Both the position numbers and the translations under genes were made by a program. Below, in pieces: positions 1 to 9,311 of a DNA stretch of 64,000 nt. Source of the stretch: Thermodesulfovibrionia bacterium (GTDB lineage: Bacteria > Nitrospirota > Thermodesulfovibrionia > UBA6902); the NCBI GenBank assembly GCA_038918635.1, contig JBCKZY010000002.1, positions 6,591-70,590 on the forward strand, read 5' to 3'. Positions within the stretch are counted from its first letter, which is position 1. Each line of letters begins with the position of its first letter. The notes below the pieces were generated by a model, which saw nothing but the letters and a program-made list of their open reading frames with translations, did no database searches and was not told the origin of the DNA.

Positions 1-265
1 CCTTAAGTACCACATATCTTTCAACCCATGTCCTTGTCAGAGGGATATCATAAGGGACCTCGTTCTCAATTTTACATGCCTTTACACATAATCCACAGCC
101 GACGCATTTACGCGTATCGACAAGAAAGCCCCACCTGACGTTAGATTCCTTTATAGCGGCTTGAGCTTCGGAAGGACAAAGCATCCTGAAGGCGCTGACC
201 GGCAAAGCCGATACAACCGCCCCCTTGATCGCGGTCAACAGAAAGTCTCTTCGTGAAAGTTTCAT
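1..265 (-). CDS. 4Fe-4S ferredoxin-type iron-sulfur subunit with twin-arginine signal (NrfC/HybA-like); N-terminal part only, gene runs off the window start
   Basis: Reverse-strand ATG at 265 gives MKLSRRDFLLTAIKGAVVSALP... (RRDFL Tat motif). This is followed by the ferredoxin CxxCxxC motif (KCVGCGLCVKAC). It lies 3 nt downstream of the cytochrome gene on the same strand. Confidence 0.6.
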   Translation of the reverse strand, partial: MKLSRRDFLLTAIKGAVVSALPVSAFRMLCPSEAQAAIKESNVRWGFLVDTRKCVGCGLCVKACKIENEVPYDIPLTRTWVERYVVLK

Positions 266-268
266 TAA

Positions 269-736
269 TTACTCCTCAATATCCGGCTCATGCGGATCAT
301 GGCACATAACGCATTCTTCATCAACATTGTGTTCTTCAGGATCTATCCCGTTTATATCACCTCTGGGGTTATCAGGATAAGGCAGATATGAGTGGCATCG
401 TATGCAGAGTTTCCTGCTTGTATCGATAGCGAGCACCTCCGGGTCCTCAGGATGGTCTATCGCGGGGCCGTGGCAGTTTTCACACTGGATTGACTTGTGT
501 TTTGAAGCCATATTGCTTTCATATTGGTCTTCATGGCATTCCTTGCAATATTCCTTTGTGAGATACTTCACCTTGAAAGCCTTCCATTCATCATCACTGC
601 TCAACCTGTGATAACTGTACTTATAACCCCTCTCACCAACCCCGAAGTCAGAGGGGACGATAAACGGCCTCGCAAAAAGAGTAAGGGCGATAACCGCTAA
701 AATTACCCATAATGGCCTTAATACGTGGCTCTTCAT
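269..736 (-). CDS. membrane-anchored tetraheme cytochrome c, NapC/NirT/NrfH family (quinol dehydrogenase subunit)
   Basis: 155 aa with an N-terminal TM helix. Four CxxCH motifs are present (CKECH, CENCH, CIRCH, CVMCH). Confidence 0.8.
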   Translation of the reverse strand: MKSHVLRPLWVILAVIALTLFARPFIVPSDFGVGERGYKYSYHRLSSDDEWKAFKVKYLTKEYCKECHEDQYESNMASKHKSIQCENCHGPAIDHPEDPEVLAIDTSRKLCIRCHSYLPYPDNPRGDINGIDPEEHNVDEECVMCHDPHEPDIEE

Positions 737-816
737 TCATTCACCATAGTTGAAAAATGAGGGGGAAAGTGATAATAATGTTAACATATATTTACTCTTT
801 CTGTCAAAATAATATT

Positions 817-985
817 GATGCACTCGTAAAAAGTCATGTTTCCCCTCCCCTGTCGGAGCGACCCTTCGCGGAGACCCGCTTCGGGGTGGGAGGGGATTAA
901 GGGGAGGGGGATATAAACATTTGAAATAAAACCTTTTTCACCCTCACCCCAACCCTCTCCCGTCAAGGGAGAGGGGGGTTTTTTA
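817..985 (+). repeat. MITE-like GC-rich structured element, copy 1; left terminal inverted repeat intact, right end replaced by a hairpin plus T-run
   Basis: gatgcactcgtaaaaagtc at 817-835 is the exact reverse complement of the right end of the copy at 40776-40924. Internal hairpins are cccctcccc/ggggagggg and ccctctccc-gtcaa-gggagaggg. A 34-bp extra segment is present relative to copy 2. Confidence 0.55.
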
Positions 986-1156
986 TTAGTATAACTTATT
1001 TCATAAATCAAGTTATTTCTTATATCAAGAGGTTTCCATTACTTAATGAATTAGAATCATTACAATTAGATATTACTTACGGCAAGCGGTTAAATCACAA
1101 AAGCCTCAAGGCATAATGCTATAATTCATAAATCATCTCCGATTCCGCCTTTAATC

Positions 1157-3238
1157 ATGAAAGAGAAAATTGAAGAGATTTTTAAGCAGCTGGCAGGGCT
1201 TGATAAGGAGAGTAAATCCCTCTCGGGAATAAATATACCCGGGCAGTTCATACAGGAAGAAGCAAGTGATCCATCTATAGCAAGAAATTTAAATTCCGCA
1301 TTCCTTATCCTACTATCAGGGGCATCGCATCCTCTTTATACTCAAGCTTTACAATATATCGGCAAATTTGACGGTCACCCCTTATGGGCAAAATGTGTAA
1401 AGTTCTATAAGGACGGACTGGATCTTATCGGCTCAGAGATGTCCGAAGCGTATGACTCAGACGACAGCTTCAGGGATGAACTGGACCTTCTTTATTCATT
1501 CGTTACTGAACCTGAAAAGAATAAAGGCACTGAAGATAAGATTGAAACGTTTCACCGACTCTTCTTCCCTGAAGGCGTATCAATATCTGAAAACAGAATC
1601 GAAAAGACTGATCTCCTGCGTCAAAAAAGGAGTGTGAAAATATCAAATTTCAACCCTTCACCTGTCAGGAATCCGGCAAGAGAACTCCTTTTTACATCCA
1701 ACATCCTTATAACCGTCCCTTCTTCAGCAAAGATTGATGACCTCCCTGTAAGCGATTCTCTCAAGGAGATGCTGAAACAGATGGAGCGGGAAGAGCAGGC
1801 ATACTGGTACGACCATCCCATCCCCATTGGCGTTTCTCCTGAACATAATGAGGTGCTTCATGGCCTGGAGGGTCTTGACGATGCAGTTGAATTTGAGAAG
1901 GATCGCGGAACAATCGGCAAAGACGGGAAGATAACCTGCATCCTTTCTGTATCAGCAACCCACAAGGGGCTTCAGGGCCTTGTAAAAATATATCTGGAAG
2001 ATGAACTTAAGAAAGAAAAAAGGATCAGGAATCTTGATCTCCTCGTCTTTACAGAAGCTGACACAGTCCTGCTGATCAGGGATATCCTCATACCGGCGGC
2101 AGAAAGATATGGAGTAAGCGACAAGGAGCTTCTTTATGAAATACTTGGGGTTGACGGAGAATACAGCAGACATTACAGCTTTCTAAAGGCGATAGCCGCA
2201 TTCTGGCAGGTAATGGTGGATACGGAGGTTAAAGGTACCTTTAAAATCGATCTTGATCAGGTCTTCCCGCAAAAAGAGCTTGTTGAACAGACCGGCGCTT
2301 CCGCGTTTGAACATTTGAGAACCCCGCTCTGGGGGGCAAAAGGGACGGATTATCAGGGGAACAACATAGAACTCGGGATGATCGCCGGAGCACTTGTGAA
2401 CCGGGAAGATATAGAAGGTTCCCTGTTTACCCCGGACGTCCCATTTCCTTCAGAAGAGATCGAAGGAGATAACCTGATATTCTTCAGCACCCTTCCCCAG
2501 GCCCTTTCTACCGAAGCCGAGATGATGACACGTTACAGTGACAGCTCCCTTGACGGTAAAACCCGCTGTATCCAGCGTATACATGTCACGGGAGGAACCA
2601 ACGGGATACTGATAGATTCATTAAGGAGACACCGTCCCTTCACACCTACATTTATAGGAAGGGCGGAAGATCAGGCATATATCCTTTCTATACTACTGCA
2701 AAGTCCCGGTCAAAACTTACGTTATGTCCATAAAGACGGTCTGATAATGAGACATGATAAAGATGCCTTCGCTGGTGATGCCATAAAGACAGCCGCTATC
2801 GGAAAACTTATCGGCGATTACATACGCATATTACTCTTCTCATACTACTGCCGCGCATTACCCTGGTCTTTTGAGGATATAAAAGAGATAATCGACCCTT
2901 TTACCGGCTGTTTTGCCTCTAAAATCCCTCTGACAGTAGTTTATCTCAGATTTGCCCTTAAAACCGCTTCTTTCTTTAATGAGAAGAAGAGTGGAAAGGA
3001 CCTGAAGGGACATGAGTTTATGTCTGCCGGCTGCAGGCGACTGCATGATACTATAGAGAAACTCAACAGAGAACCTAACCCTTTAATTGAGCAATACAGA
3101 AAAGAGAAAGAAGGCTGGGATGTATTTTACGATATACTCGATATAGTTGAGAAAAAAATAAACGATGATGATCCTTTTGCCCTCGGACTGCGGAAAAAGG
3201 CGATATCTATCATGGAGGACTGCAGGATTGTATTTTAG
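1157..3238 (+). CDS. hypothetical protein (693 aa), no family recognised
   Basis: Long uninterrupted ORF with coding-like composition. No motif could be assigned with confidence. Confidence 0.6.
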   Translation: MKEKIEEIFKQLAGLDKESKSLSGINIPGQFIQEEASDPSIARNLNSAFLILLSGASHPLYTQALQYIGKFDGHPLWAKCVKFYKDGLDLIGSEMSEAYDSDDSFRDELDLLYSFVTEPEKNKGTEDKIETFHRLFFPEGVSISENRIEKTDLLRQKRSVKISNFNPSPVRNPARELLFTSNILITVPSSAKIDDLPVSDSLKEMLKQMEREEQAYWYDHPIPIGVSPEHNEVLHGLEGLDDAVEFEKDRGTIGKDGKITCILSVSATHKGLQGLVKIYLEDELKKEKRIRNLDLLVFTEADTVLLIRDILIPAAERYGVSDKELLYEILGVDGEYSRHYSFLKAIAAFWQVMVDTEVKGTFKIDLDQVFPQKELVEQTGASAFEHLRTPLWGAKGTDYQGNNIELGMIAGALVNREDIEGSLFTPDVPFPSEEIEGDNLIFFSTLPQALSTEAEMMTRYSDSSLDGKTRCIQRIHVTGGTNGILIDSLRRHRPFTPTFIGRAEDQAYILSILLQSPGQNLRYVHKDGLIMRHDKDAFAGDAIKTAAIGKLIGDYIRILLFSYYCRALPWSFEDIKEIIDPFTGCFASKIPLTVVYLRFALKTASFFNEKKSGKDLKGHEFMSAGCRRLHDTIEKLNREPNPLIEQYRKEKEGWDVFYDILDIVEKKINDDDPFALGLRKKAISIMEDCRIVF

Positions 3239-3276
3239 AATAACTGGTCTTAATGTAATCAGGTGAGTCCAAAATT

Positions 3277-3699
3277 ATGTCTCCGATAAGCCTGGCAAAA
3301 GAGAAATCTCTCAGACAAAAGCTTGAAAGTCTGGGTATTTATGAAAAAGATATAAAAGAGTCGTTCATCCACTCCAGTGGAAGGGGAGGACAGAATGTCA
3401 ACAAGACCTCGACCTGCGTTTATCTGAAGCACGTACCGACAGGCATTGAAGTGAAATGCCAGAAAGGACGATCTCAGGGGCTGAACCGCTATTACGCAAG
3501 AGAGATCCTGTACACAAAGATCGAGCGAATGATCAGGGGCAAAAAGAGCGAGGAAGAACAGCGTATAGAAAAACTGAAAAGACAGAAACGTAAACGCTCA
3601 AAGAGGGCGCGAGAGAAGATCCTCGCAGATAAAAAAATACAATCACAGAAGAAGAAAAAGAGGACATATATATATAATTCAACAGATAATGACCAATGA
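3277..3699 (+). CDS. arfB: alternative ribosome-rescue factor ArfB (peptidyl-tRNA hydrolase, RF-1 GGQ domain)
   Basis: 140 aa. GGQ motif present (SSGRGGQNVNKTST). Lys/Arg-rich C-terminal tail typical of ArfB/YaeJ. Confidence 0.8.
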   Translation: MSPISLAKEKSLRQKLESLGIYEKDIKESFIHSSGRGGQNVNKTSTCVYLKHVPTGIEVKCQKGRSQGLNRYYAREILYTKIERMIRGKKSEEEQRIEKLKRQKRKRSKRAREKILADKKIQSQKKKKRTYIYNSTDNDQ

Positions 3700-3791
3700 C
3701 CCATCACCCATCACCATTTCTGTCCCGGTTTTTGATAATTTGATATGTTATTCTATTACATTATTCTGGACTATAATCAAGGAGGCATCTT

Positions 3792-4262
3792 ATGCTTGAG
3801 ATTGAAATACCTGGTTTCGGCAGTATTAAGCTGAAACACCTCATATCAAACTTTACGGGCACTCTCTCATTGAACGGTAAACTGCTTCCCGGGGTTGAAG
3901 ACCGGCTCAATAAGATCGCCGAATTCCTTTCGATTCACGTCCTCACTTCCGACACGTTCAGGTCAGCAAAGTCCGCGCTGAAGAATGTCAACTGCACGAC
4001 AACCGTCTTAAAAGGTAAATACCATGACATACAAAAGGAAGAGTACGTCGAAAAACTGGGCGCTACTTCAGTGGTCGCATTAGGTAACGGCAATAACGAC
4101 AGGAAAACGCTCAGGGCAGCCCGGTTAGGGATTGCGGTAACTGGAGGAGAAGGCTGTGCCATCGATATTTTAATGGCCGCTGACATAAATGTTAATAATA
4201 TATCTGACGGCCTTGACCTGCTCCTCAATCCTAAAAGGTGCAAGGCGACTCTAAGGTTTTAA
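3792..4262 (+). CDS. small HAD-superfamily hydrolase, soluble P-type-ATPase-like
   Basis: 156 aa. C-terminal GNGNNDrktLraArLGIAV resembles the GDGxNDxxaLxxAdvGIA motif of the HAD/P-type ATPase hydrolase domain. Confidence 0.45.
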   Translation: MLEIEIPGFGSIKLKHLISNFTGTLSLNGKLLPGVEDRLNKIAEFLSIHVLTSDTFRSAKSALKNVNCTTTVLKGKYHDIQKEEYVEKLGATSVVALGNGNNDRKTLRAARLGIAVTGGEGCAIDILMAADINVNNISDGLDLLLNPKRCKATLRF

Positions 4263-4298
4263 CGTTAAACTTATTACAGTTAAAGGCAGGATAAATAA

Positions 4299-5474
4299 TT
4301 GAGTAATAAAATATCGATCAGCACCGCTGAAAGGGTGAAGAATCTGCCACCCTACCTCTTTGCCGTAATCGACGGCATGAAGTCCGCTGCCCTTAAGAAA
4401 GGAGTCGACCTCATCGATATGAGTATCGGTGATCCTGATACACCTACACCAAAACATATTGTTGAAGCGATGAGGAAGGCCGTAAAAAACCCGGCACACC
4501 ATAAGTACCCTTCATATATAGGTATGCTCTCTTTCAGGCAGGCTGTTGCGGATTGGTACAAAAAAAGATTCAACGTAAAACTGAACCCTGCGACAGAAGT
4601 CCTCTCACTTATCGGCTCTAAAGAGGGAATAGGACATATGCCCCTTGCGTTCATCAATCCCGGCGATGTTGTTCTGGTGCCATCTCCAGGCTATCCTGTC
4701 TATCCAGTAGCGACACTCTTTGCGGGAGGCAGAAGTTTTGAAATGCCCCTGATTGAAAAGAATAATTATCTTCCCGATCTGAAGGCGATTCCAAAGAATG
4801 TACTTAAAAAAACAAGACTTATGTTTATTAATTATCCTAACAACCCTACCTCTGCCTGCGCGGACAGGTCTTTTTACAAAGGGCTGATTCATTTTGCTGC
4901 TGAAAACAATATTATTATCTGTCACGACGCCGCATATTCAGAGATCTATTATGACAATAAGAAACCTTTAAGCTTTCTCCAGATCCCCGGCGCAAAAAAT
5001 GTGGGAATCGAGTTCCATTCCCTTTCAAAAACATATAATATGACCGGCTGGAGAATAGGTTTCGCTGTCGGTAACAGGGACGCTATCGCGGGACTCGGAA
5101 AGATCAAGACGAATATCGATTCCGGTATATTCCAGGCCATCCAGGAAACTGGCATCGCGGCACTGGAGACCGGGGATTCAGAACTCAAAAAGATAAGAAA
5201 GATGTATCAGGAAAGAAGAGATATTCTTTATAACGGCCTGACAAAACTCGGTCTCAAGGTGAAGAAACCGGAAGCAACATTTTACCTTTGGGTAAGTTGC
5301 CCTGAAGGCGTTTCATCAATGGATTTCACTTCGCTTCTCCTGAAAAAAGCCGGGATACTTACAACTCCTGGCAATGGCTTCGGAGAAGCCGGAGAAGGAT
5401 ACGTAAGGTTTGCACTGACTGTATCTGCCAAAAGAACAAAAGAAGCCGTTGAAAGAATAGGGAAGGTTCTTTAA
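4299..5474 (+). CDS. dapL: class I/II aminotransferase, LL-diaminopimelate aminotransferase (DapL)-like
   Basis: 391 aa. PLP-lysine region SLSKTYNMTGWRIGF present. N-terminal PPYLFA and overall length fit DapL-type enzymes. TTG start. Confidence 0.6.
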   Translation: MSNKISISTAERVKNLPPYLFAVIDGMKSAALKKGVDLIDMSIGDPDTPTPKHIVEAMRKAVKNPAHHKYPSYIGMLSFRQAVADWYKKRFNVKLNPATEVLSLIGSKEGIGHMPLAFINPGDVVLVPSPGYPVYPVATLFAGGRSFEMPLIEKNNYLPDLKAIPKNVLKKTRLMFINYPNNPTSACADRSFYKGLIHFAAENNIIICHDAAYSEIYYDNKKPLSFLQIPGAKNVGIEFHSLSKTYNMTGWRIGFAVGNRDAIAGLGKIKTNIDSGIFQAIQETGIAALETGDSELKKIRKMYQERRDILYNGLTKLGLKVKKPEATFYLWVSCPEGVSSMDFTSLLLKKAGILTTPGNGFGEAGEGYVRFALTVSAKRTKEAVERIGKVL

Positions 5475-5573
5475 AAATATAGAAGGCAGAATACAGTAGA
5501 CAGTAGGCAGAACAAAGGAATTTTAAAAAAAAGCTAAAAACAAACATAAAAATGCTCAACAGATAAAGACAGG

Positions 5574-5942
5574 ATGATAAGGAAACCGGCACGGGATTTT
5601 CAAGATCTAATTGTATGGCAGAAAGCACATCAATTTGTCTTATCTATTTACCAGTTAAGTAATAATTTCCCAAAAAATGAGATATATGGTCTCACCTCAC
5701 AAATCAGAAGAGCTTCAATTTCTGTACCAGCAAATATAGCTGAAGGGTTTAAGAAAAGAACAAAGAAGGATAAAGCCAGGTATATGAATATAGCGCAAGG
5801 TTCTGTTGAAGAATGTCGCTATTACCTGATACTTGCAAAAGATCTCACGTATGGTAATACATCACAACTAATGGCAAACCTTGAAGAAATCAGCAAGCTG
5901 CTGGCATCATATTCTTCTGCCATTCTGGCTTCTGCTTCCTGA
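5574..5942 (+). CDS. four-helix-bundle protein (23S rRNA intervening-sequence protein / Avd family)
   Basis: 122 aa. Characteristic N-terminus FQDLIVWQKAHQFVLSIY and SQIRRASISVPANIAEG. Confidence 0.75.
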   Translation: MIRKPARDFQDLIVWQKAHQFVLSIYQLSNNFPKNEIYGLTSQIRRASISVPANIAEGFKKRTKKDKARYMNIAQGSVEECRYYLILAKDLTYGNTSQLMANLEEISKLLASYSSAILASAS

Positions 5943-6130
5943 ATTCTCATTACTTAATCCTAAAAACGGCAGTTAGCCGCTGATTTACACAGATCGACGC
6001 AGATTTTTCAATGAGTTACAGAAAATTCATATTTCACCATTTCAGTGAAATATTATCCAGGCATAAGTTTCTGTTCTATCGGTATTTATCCGCGTTTATC
6101 TGTGGCCAAATGCTTTTTATAGGTTAATTC

Positions 6131-6595
6131 ATGCCAACTGCATACATCGGAATTGGTTCCAATCTCGGCAACAGGGAAGAAAACTGCGAGAAATCAATCC
6201 AGCTTATCGAAGAATACAGCGGAATAAAAGTCACTAAACACTCATCCATGAGTGAGACAGAGCCGTGGGGGATTAAAGACCAGCCGAAATTCATCAATAT
6301 GGCCATTGAGATAGTGACCGATCTTGAGCCGGAAGCACTGCTCTCTCTGCTTAAAAAGATCGAGAAAGCGTCGGGACGAACTCCAGAAGTAAAATGGGGA
6401 CCGCGGGTTATTGATCTTGATATACTATTTTATGATGACCTTGTCCTGAAGACCCCGGGGCTTGAGATACCGCATCCGGAAATCTGCAAAAGGGACTTTG
6501 TCCTGAAACCCCTTAAAGAGATAGCCCCTGACAAGGTGCATCCGGTGCTTAAAAAAACAATTAGGGAACTTCAGCATGAAATGCCTGAAGAGTAA
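6131..6595 (+). CDS. folK: 2-amino-4-hydroxy-6-hydroxymethyldihydropteridine pyrophosphokinase
   Basis: 154 aa. Motifs AYIGIGSNLG, EPWG and RVIDLDIL present. Confidence 0.85.
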   Translation: MPTAYIGIGSNLGNREENCEKSIQLIEEYSGIKVTKHSSMSETEPWGIKDQPKFINMAIEIVTDLEPEALLSLLKKIEKASGRTPEVKWGPRVIDLDILFYDDLVLKTPGLEIPHPEICKRDFVLKPLKEIAPDKVHPVLKKTIRELQHEMPEE

Positions 6596-6627
6596 TTTAC
6601 CCCTGTATTACCTTGAAACTTTGCGCC

Positions 6628-6671
6628 CCTGCCTGCCGGCCCGCTTCGCCGAATCGAGGCGAGCAGGCAGG
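6628..6671. repeat. REP-like GC-rich palindromic element (minimal form) between convergent folK and hisH; likely bidirectional terminator
   Basis: cctgcctgccggcccgcttcgccgaatcgaggcgagcaggcagg. Outer inverted repeat cctgcctgc/gcaggcagg. The core recurs 8 more times in the window. Confidence 0.7.
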
Positions 6672-6683
6672 TATGTGCCTTTG

Positions 6684-7319
6684 TTACTTTGAACCTAAAT
6701 AGTTATGTTTTTTAACAATCTCCCCAAAATTTCTGAGGACCTTCAGCCCGGCCTCCTGACTCTTCTCCGGATGAAACTGGACCGCAAAAATATTGTCTTT
6801 CCATATCGAAGATGTAAACTCAATACCGTAATCTGAAGTCGTTGATATAATGGAATCATCTTCAGGAGAAACATAAAAAGAGTGCACAAAGTAAAAATAA
6901 CTTTTATCAGGGACCCCTGACAAAAGCGGGTTCCCATCCTTCTTTATGTTCAACTCATTCCAGCCCATATGCGGGACCTTTAATTCACTTTCAGGGAAAT
7001 GGAGCACCATGCCCTTGAAGATATCCAGTCCCCTGCACCTTCCGAACTCTACCGACTCGCTGAAAAGAATATGCAAGCCAAGACATATCCCGAGGTAGGG
7101 CCTTCCTTTTTTTATGGTATCAAGAACAGCGTCTGTCAGGTTGAGGTCTGTAAGCTCCTTCATGCAGCCCTTAAACGCTCCGACGCCCGGAAGGACAACA
7201 CCGTCAGCCTTCTTAACAACCTCCGGACTGTTAGTTACCACGGCATCGACCCCTACTTTCAGAAAACCCTTCTCAACGCTTCTGAGGTTTCCCATACCAT
7301 AATCAATGATAGCGATCAT
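6684..7319 (-). CDS. hisH: imidazole glycerol phosphate synthase, glutamine amidotransferase subunit
   Basis: 211 aa. MIAIIDYGMGNLRSV; class I glutamine amidotransferase with GLGICLG. Confidence 0.9.
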   Translation of the reverse strand: MIAIIDYGMGNLRSVEKGFLKVGVDAVVTNSPEVVKKADGVVLPGVGAFKGCMKELTDLNLTDAVLDTIKKGRPYLGICLGLHILFSESVEFGRCRGLDIFKGMVLHFPESELKVPHMGWNELNIKKDGNPLLSGVPDKSYFYFVHSFYVSPEDDSIISTTSDYGIEFTSSIWKDNIFAVQFHPEKSQEAGLKVLRNFGEIVKKHNYLGSK

Positions 7320-7440
7320 ATGTTTATATTACTCAAATTGGACGATTCTTGACAATTAAGCTCTCTTCCGTGTGTAGATGATCTCAAAAGATATATAAAA
7401 CTTTCAATATATATCAAATACAAAATAGGAATCCCAAGAA

Positions 7441-7563
7441 CCTGTCTGCCGACCCGCTTCGCCGAATCGAGGCCCGTTGCTTCGTCCGCTACTGGCGAGA
7501 CAGGCCCCGAGGCGAGCGAGCAGGCAGGTTCGCTGAGCCGAAGACACTCGAACCCCTGGACCC
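7441..7563. repeat. REP-like element (long form with internal module) plus YTTGAACCC-type tail
   Basis: cctgtctgccgacccgcttcgccgaatcgagg + cccgttgcttcgtccgctactggcgagacagg + ccccgaggcgagcgagcaggcagg. Followed by actcgaacccctggaccc. Confidence 0.7.
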
Positions 7564-7721
7564 TTTTAAAAACAGCGTTGCTAATAAATCAATTCATTCA
7601 GGTTTTATAAAATTAAATGGAGTAAAGTCCCCTCAAAATAATTAACTTGAAAAAAAATAGGCTATTCAGTTATATTTTTTCTATATAAATAACTATAAGT
7701 TCAGGGCTGACGGCTGCTATT

Positions 7722-8267
7722 ATGATACCTAAACAGGTTTTTTTCACAAAAGGAGTAGGCATACACAAGGACAAACTTGCGTCTTTTGAGCTGGCGCTCA
7801 GGGAAGCAGGGATAGAGAAGTGCAACCTCGTTTATGTCTCTAGTATCTTCCCTCCCAACTGCAAGATCATATCAAAGAAGAAGGGGCTTATTATGATTAA
7901 GCCGGGACAGATAACCTACTGCGTAATGGCCAGGAACGGGACAAGTGAGCCTAACAGACTCATATCCGCATCTGTAGGACTGGCAGTACCGTCTGACAGT
8001 AAAAATTACGGCTACCTTTCAGAGCACCATTCTTTTGGAGAGACCGCGAGAAAATCAGGGGATTACGCTGAAGACCTTGCGGCAACGATGCTAGCCACAA
8101 CCCTCGGGATACCTTTTGACCCTGACCTTGCATGGGACGCTAGAAAACAGGTTTACAAGGCAAGTAAGTATATCTTTAAGACCAGGAATATATGTCAATC
8201 CTCTGAAGGCGATAAACACGGTAAATGGACAACCGTGGTTGCCGCAGCTATTATGCTTTTTGATTGA
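7722..8267 (+). CDS. pdaD: pyruvoyl-dependent arginine decarboxylase
   Basis: 181 aa. Motifs [18 protein letters not shown] and [11 protein letters not shown] typical of PdaD. Confidence 0.8.
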   Translation: MIPKQVFFTKGVGIHKDKLASFELALREAGIEKCNLVYVSSIFPPNCKIISKKKGLIMIKPGQITYCVMARNGTSEPNRLISASVGLAVPSDSKNYGYLSEHHSFGETARKSGDYAEDLAATMLATTLGIPFDPDLAWDARKQVYKASKYIFKTRNICQSSEGDKHGKWTTVVAAAIMLFD

Positions 8268-8339
8268 CCCAAATACATATTAAACCTCTTAAACCTCCAG
8301 TCCATTTAATTACACTCATTATTTTGTTATTCTACAAAA

Positions 8340-9197
8340 GTGAAAAACAGTCAAATTCCTTATAACTTCGGCGGCCTGCCCGGAAAATTCTCAGATTACA
8401 GCACCTCAAAAATCGCCATACTGCCAGTACCTTTTGACAAGACCAGTACCTGGATCCAGGGTTCTCATATGGGTCCGGAGGCGATCATTAAAGCGTCCGG
8501 GAATATGGAGCTTTATGATATCGAAACAGATTCAGAGGTATACAGAAGAGGGATACACACCTTGAAAGAGATCGTGACGAACACCTCGATAAGCATGATC
8601 AGCAGGACCTTCAAATGCGTCAACAAACTATTAAACGACAATAAATTTGTTGTGACTCTGGGGGGTGAACATACCGTCTCTCTTGGCCCGATCAGGGCAC
8701 ATGCCGGATTTTTTGATGACATCAGCATACTGCATCTTGACGCACATTCAGACATGAGACGCTCATACGAAGGGCTCAAATACAGTCATGCATGTGTAAT
8801 GGCAAGGACAAAAGAGATTACAGACAATATCGTATCCGTGGGGATCAGGAGTATGGACTCATCGGAACTTACTGACATTGACAGGCGCAGGGTCTTTCTC
8901 GCTTCAGAAATACACCGTAGAAGTGACTGGATAACTGAGGTGGTATCGATGCTTACAGAGAATGTCTATATAACGATTGACCTGGATGTTTTTGACCCAT
9001 CAATAATGCCTTCAACCGGCACGCCTGAACCCGGAGGTCTTGGCTGGTACCAGGTTATCGATCTATTTGAAGATATTTCTAAAAAGAAGAACGTCGTCGG
9101 TTTTGATGTCGTTGAACTCTGCCCTTCAGAAAACATGGCCCCTGACTTTCTTGCCTCAAAATTGGTTTATAAGCTGCTGAGTTTATCTTTTGCATGA
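8340..9197 (+). CDS. speB: agmatinase (arginase family)
   Basis: 285 aa. Mn-binding motifs LDAHSD and DLDVFDP, plus GGEHTVS. GTG start. Immediately downstream of pdaD. Confidence 0.85.
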   Translation: MKNSQIPYNFGGLPGKFSDYSTSKIAILPVPFDKTSTWIQGSHMGPEAIIKASGNMELYDIETDSEVYRRGIHTLKEIVTNTSISMISRTFKCVNKLLNDNKFVVTLGGEHTVSLGPIRAHAGFFDDISILHLDAHSDMRRSYEGLKYSHACVMARTKEITDNIVSVGIRSMDSSELTDIDRRRVFLASEIHRRSDWITEVVSMLTENVYITIDLDVFDPSIMPSTGTPEPGGLGWYQVIDLFEDISKKKNVVGFDVVELCPSENMAPDFLASKLVYKLLSLSFA

Positions 9198-9311
9198 ATA
9201 ATCTTAAGTGCACCAAAAGATTCACCATATTGACCAATTATCATTGAACCACTACAATATCTCAACGGTTGCCGTAACGGCAGCCCCTTCTGCCTTCGTA
9301 AATCAGGGTAA

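Noticed and set aside
402-611. Plus-strand 69-aa ORF
   Set aside because: It lies entirely antisense within the well-supported tetraheme cytochrome gene.
5574-5942. Diversity-generating retroelement suggested by the Avd-like protein
   Set aside because: No reverse transcriptase and no template/variable repeat pair within the window.
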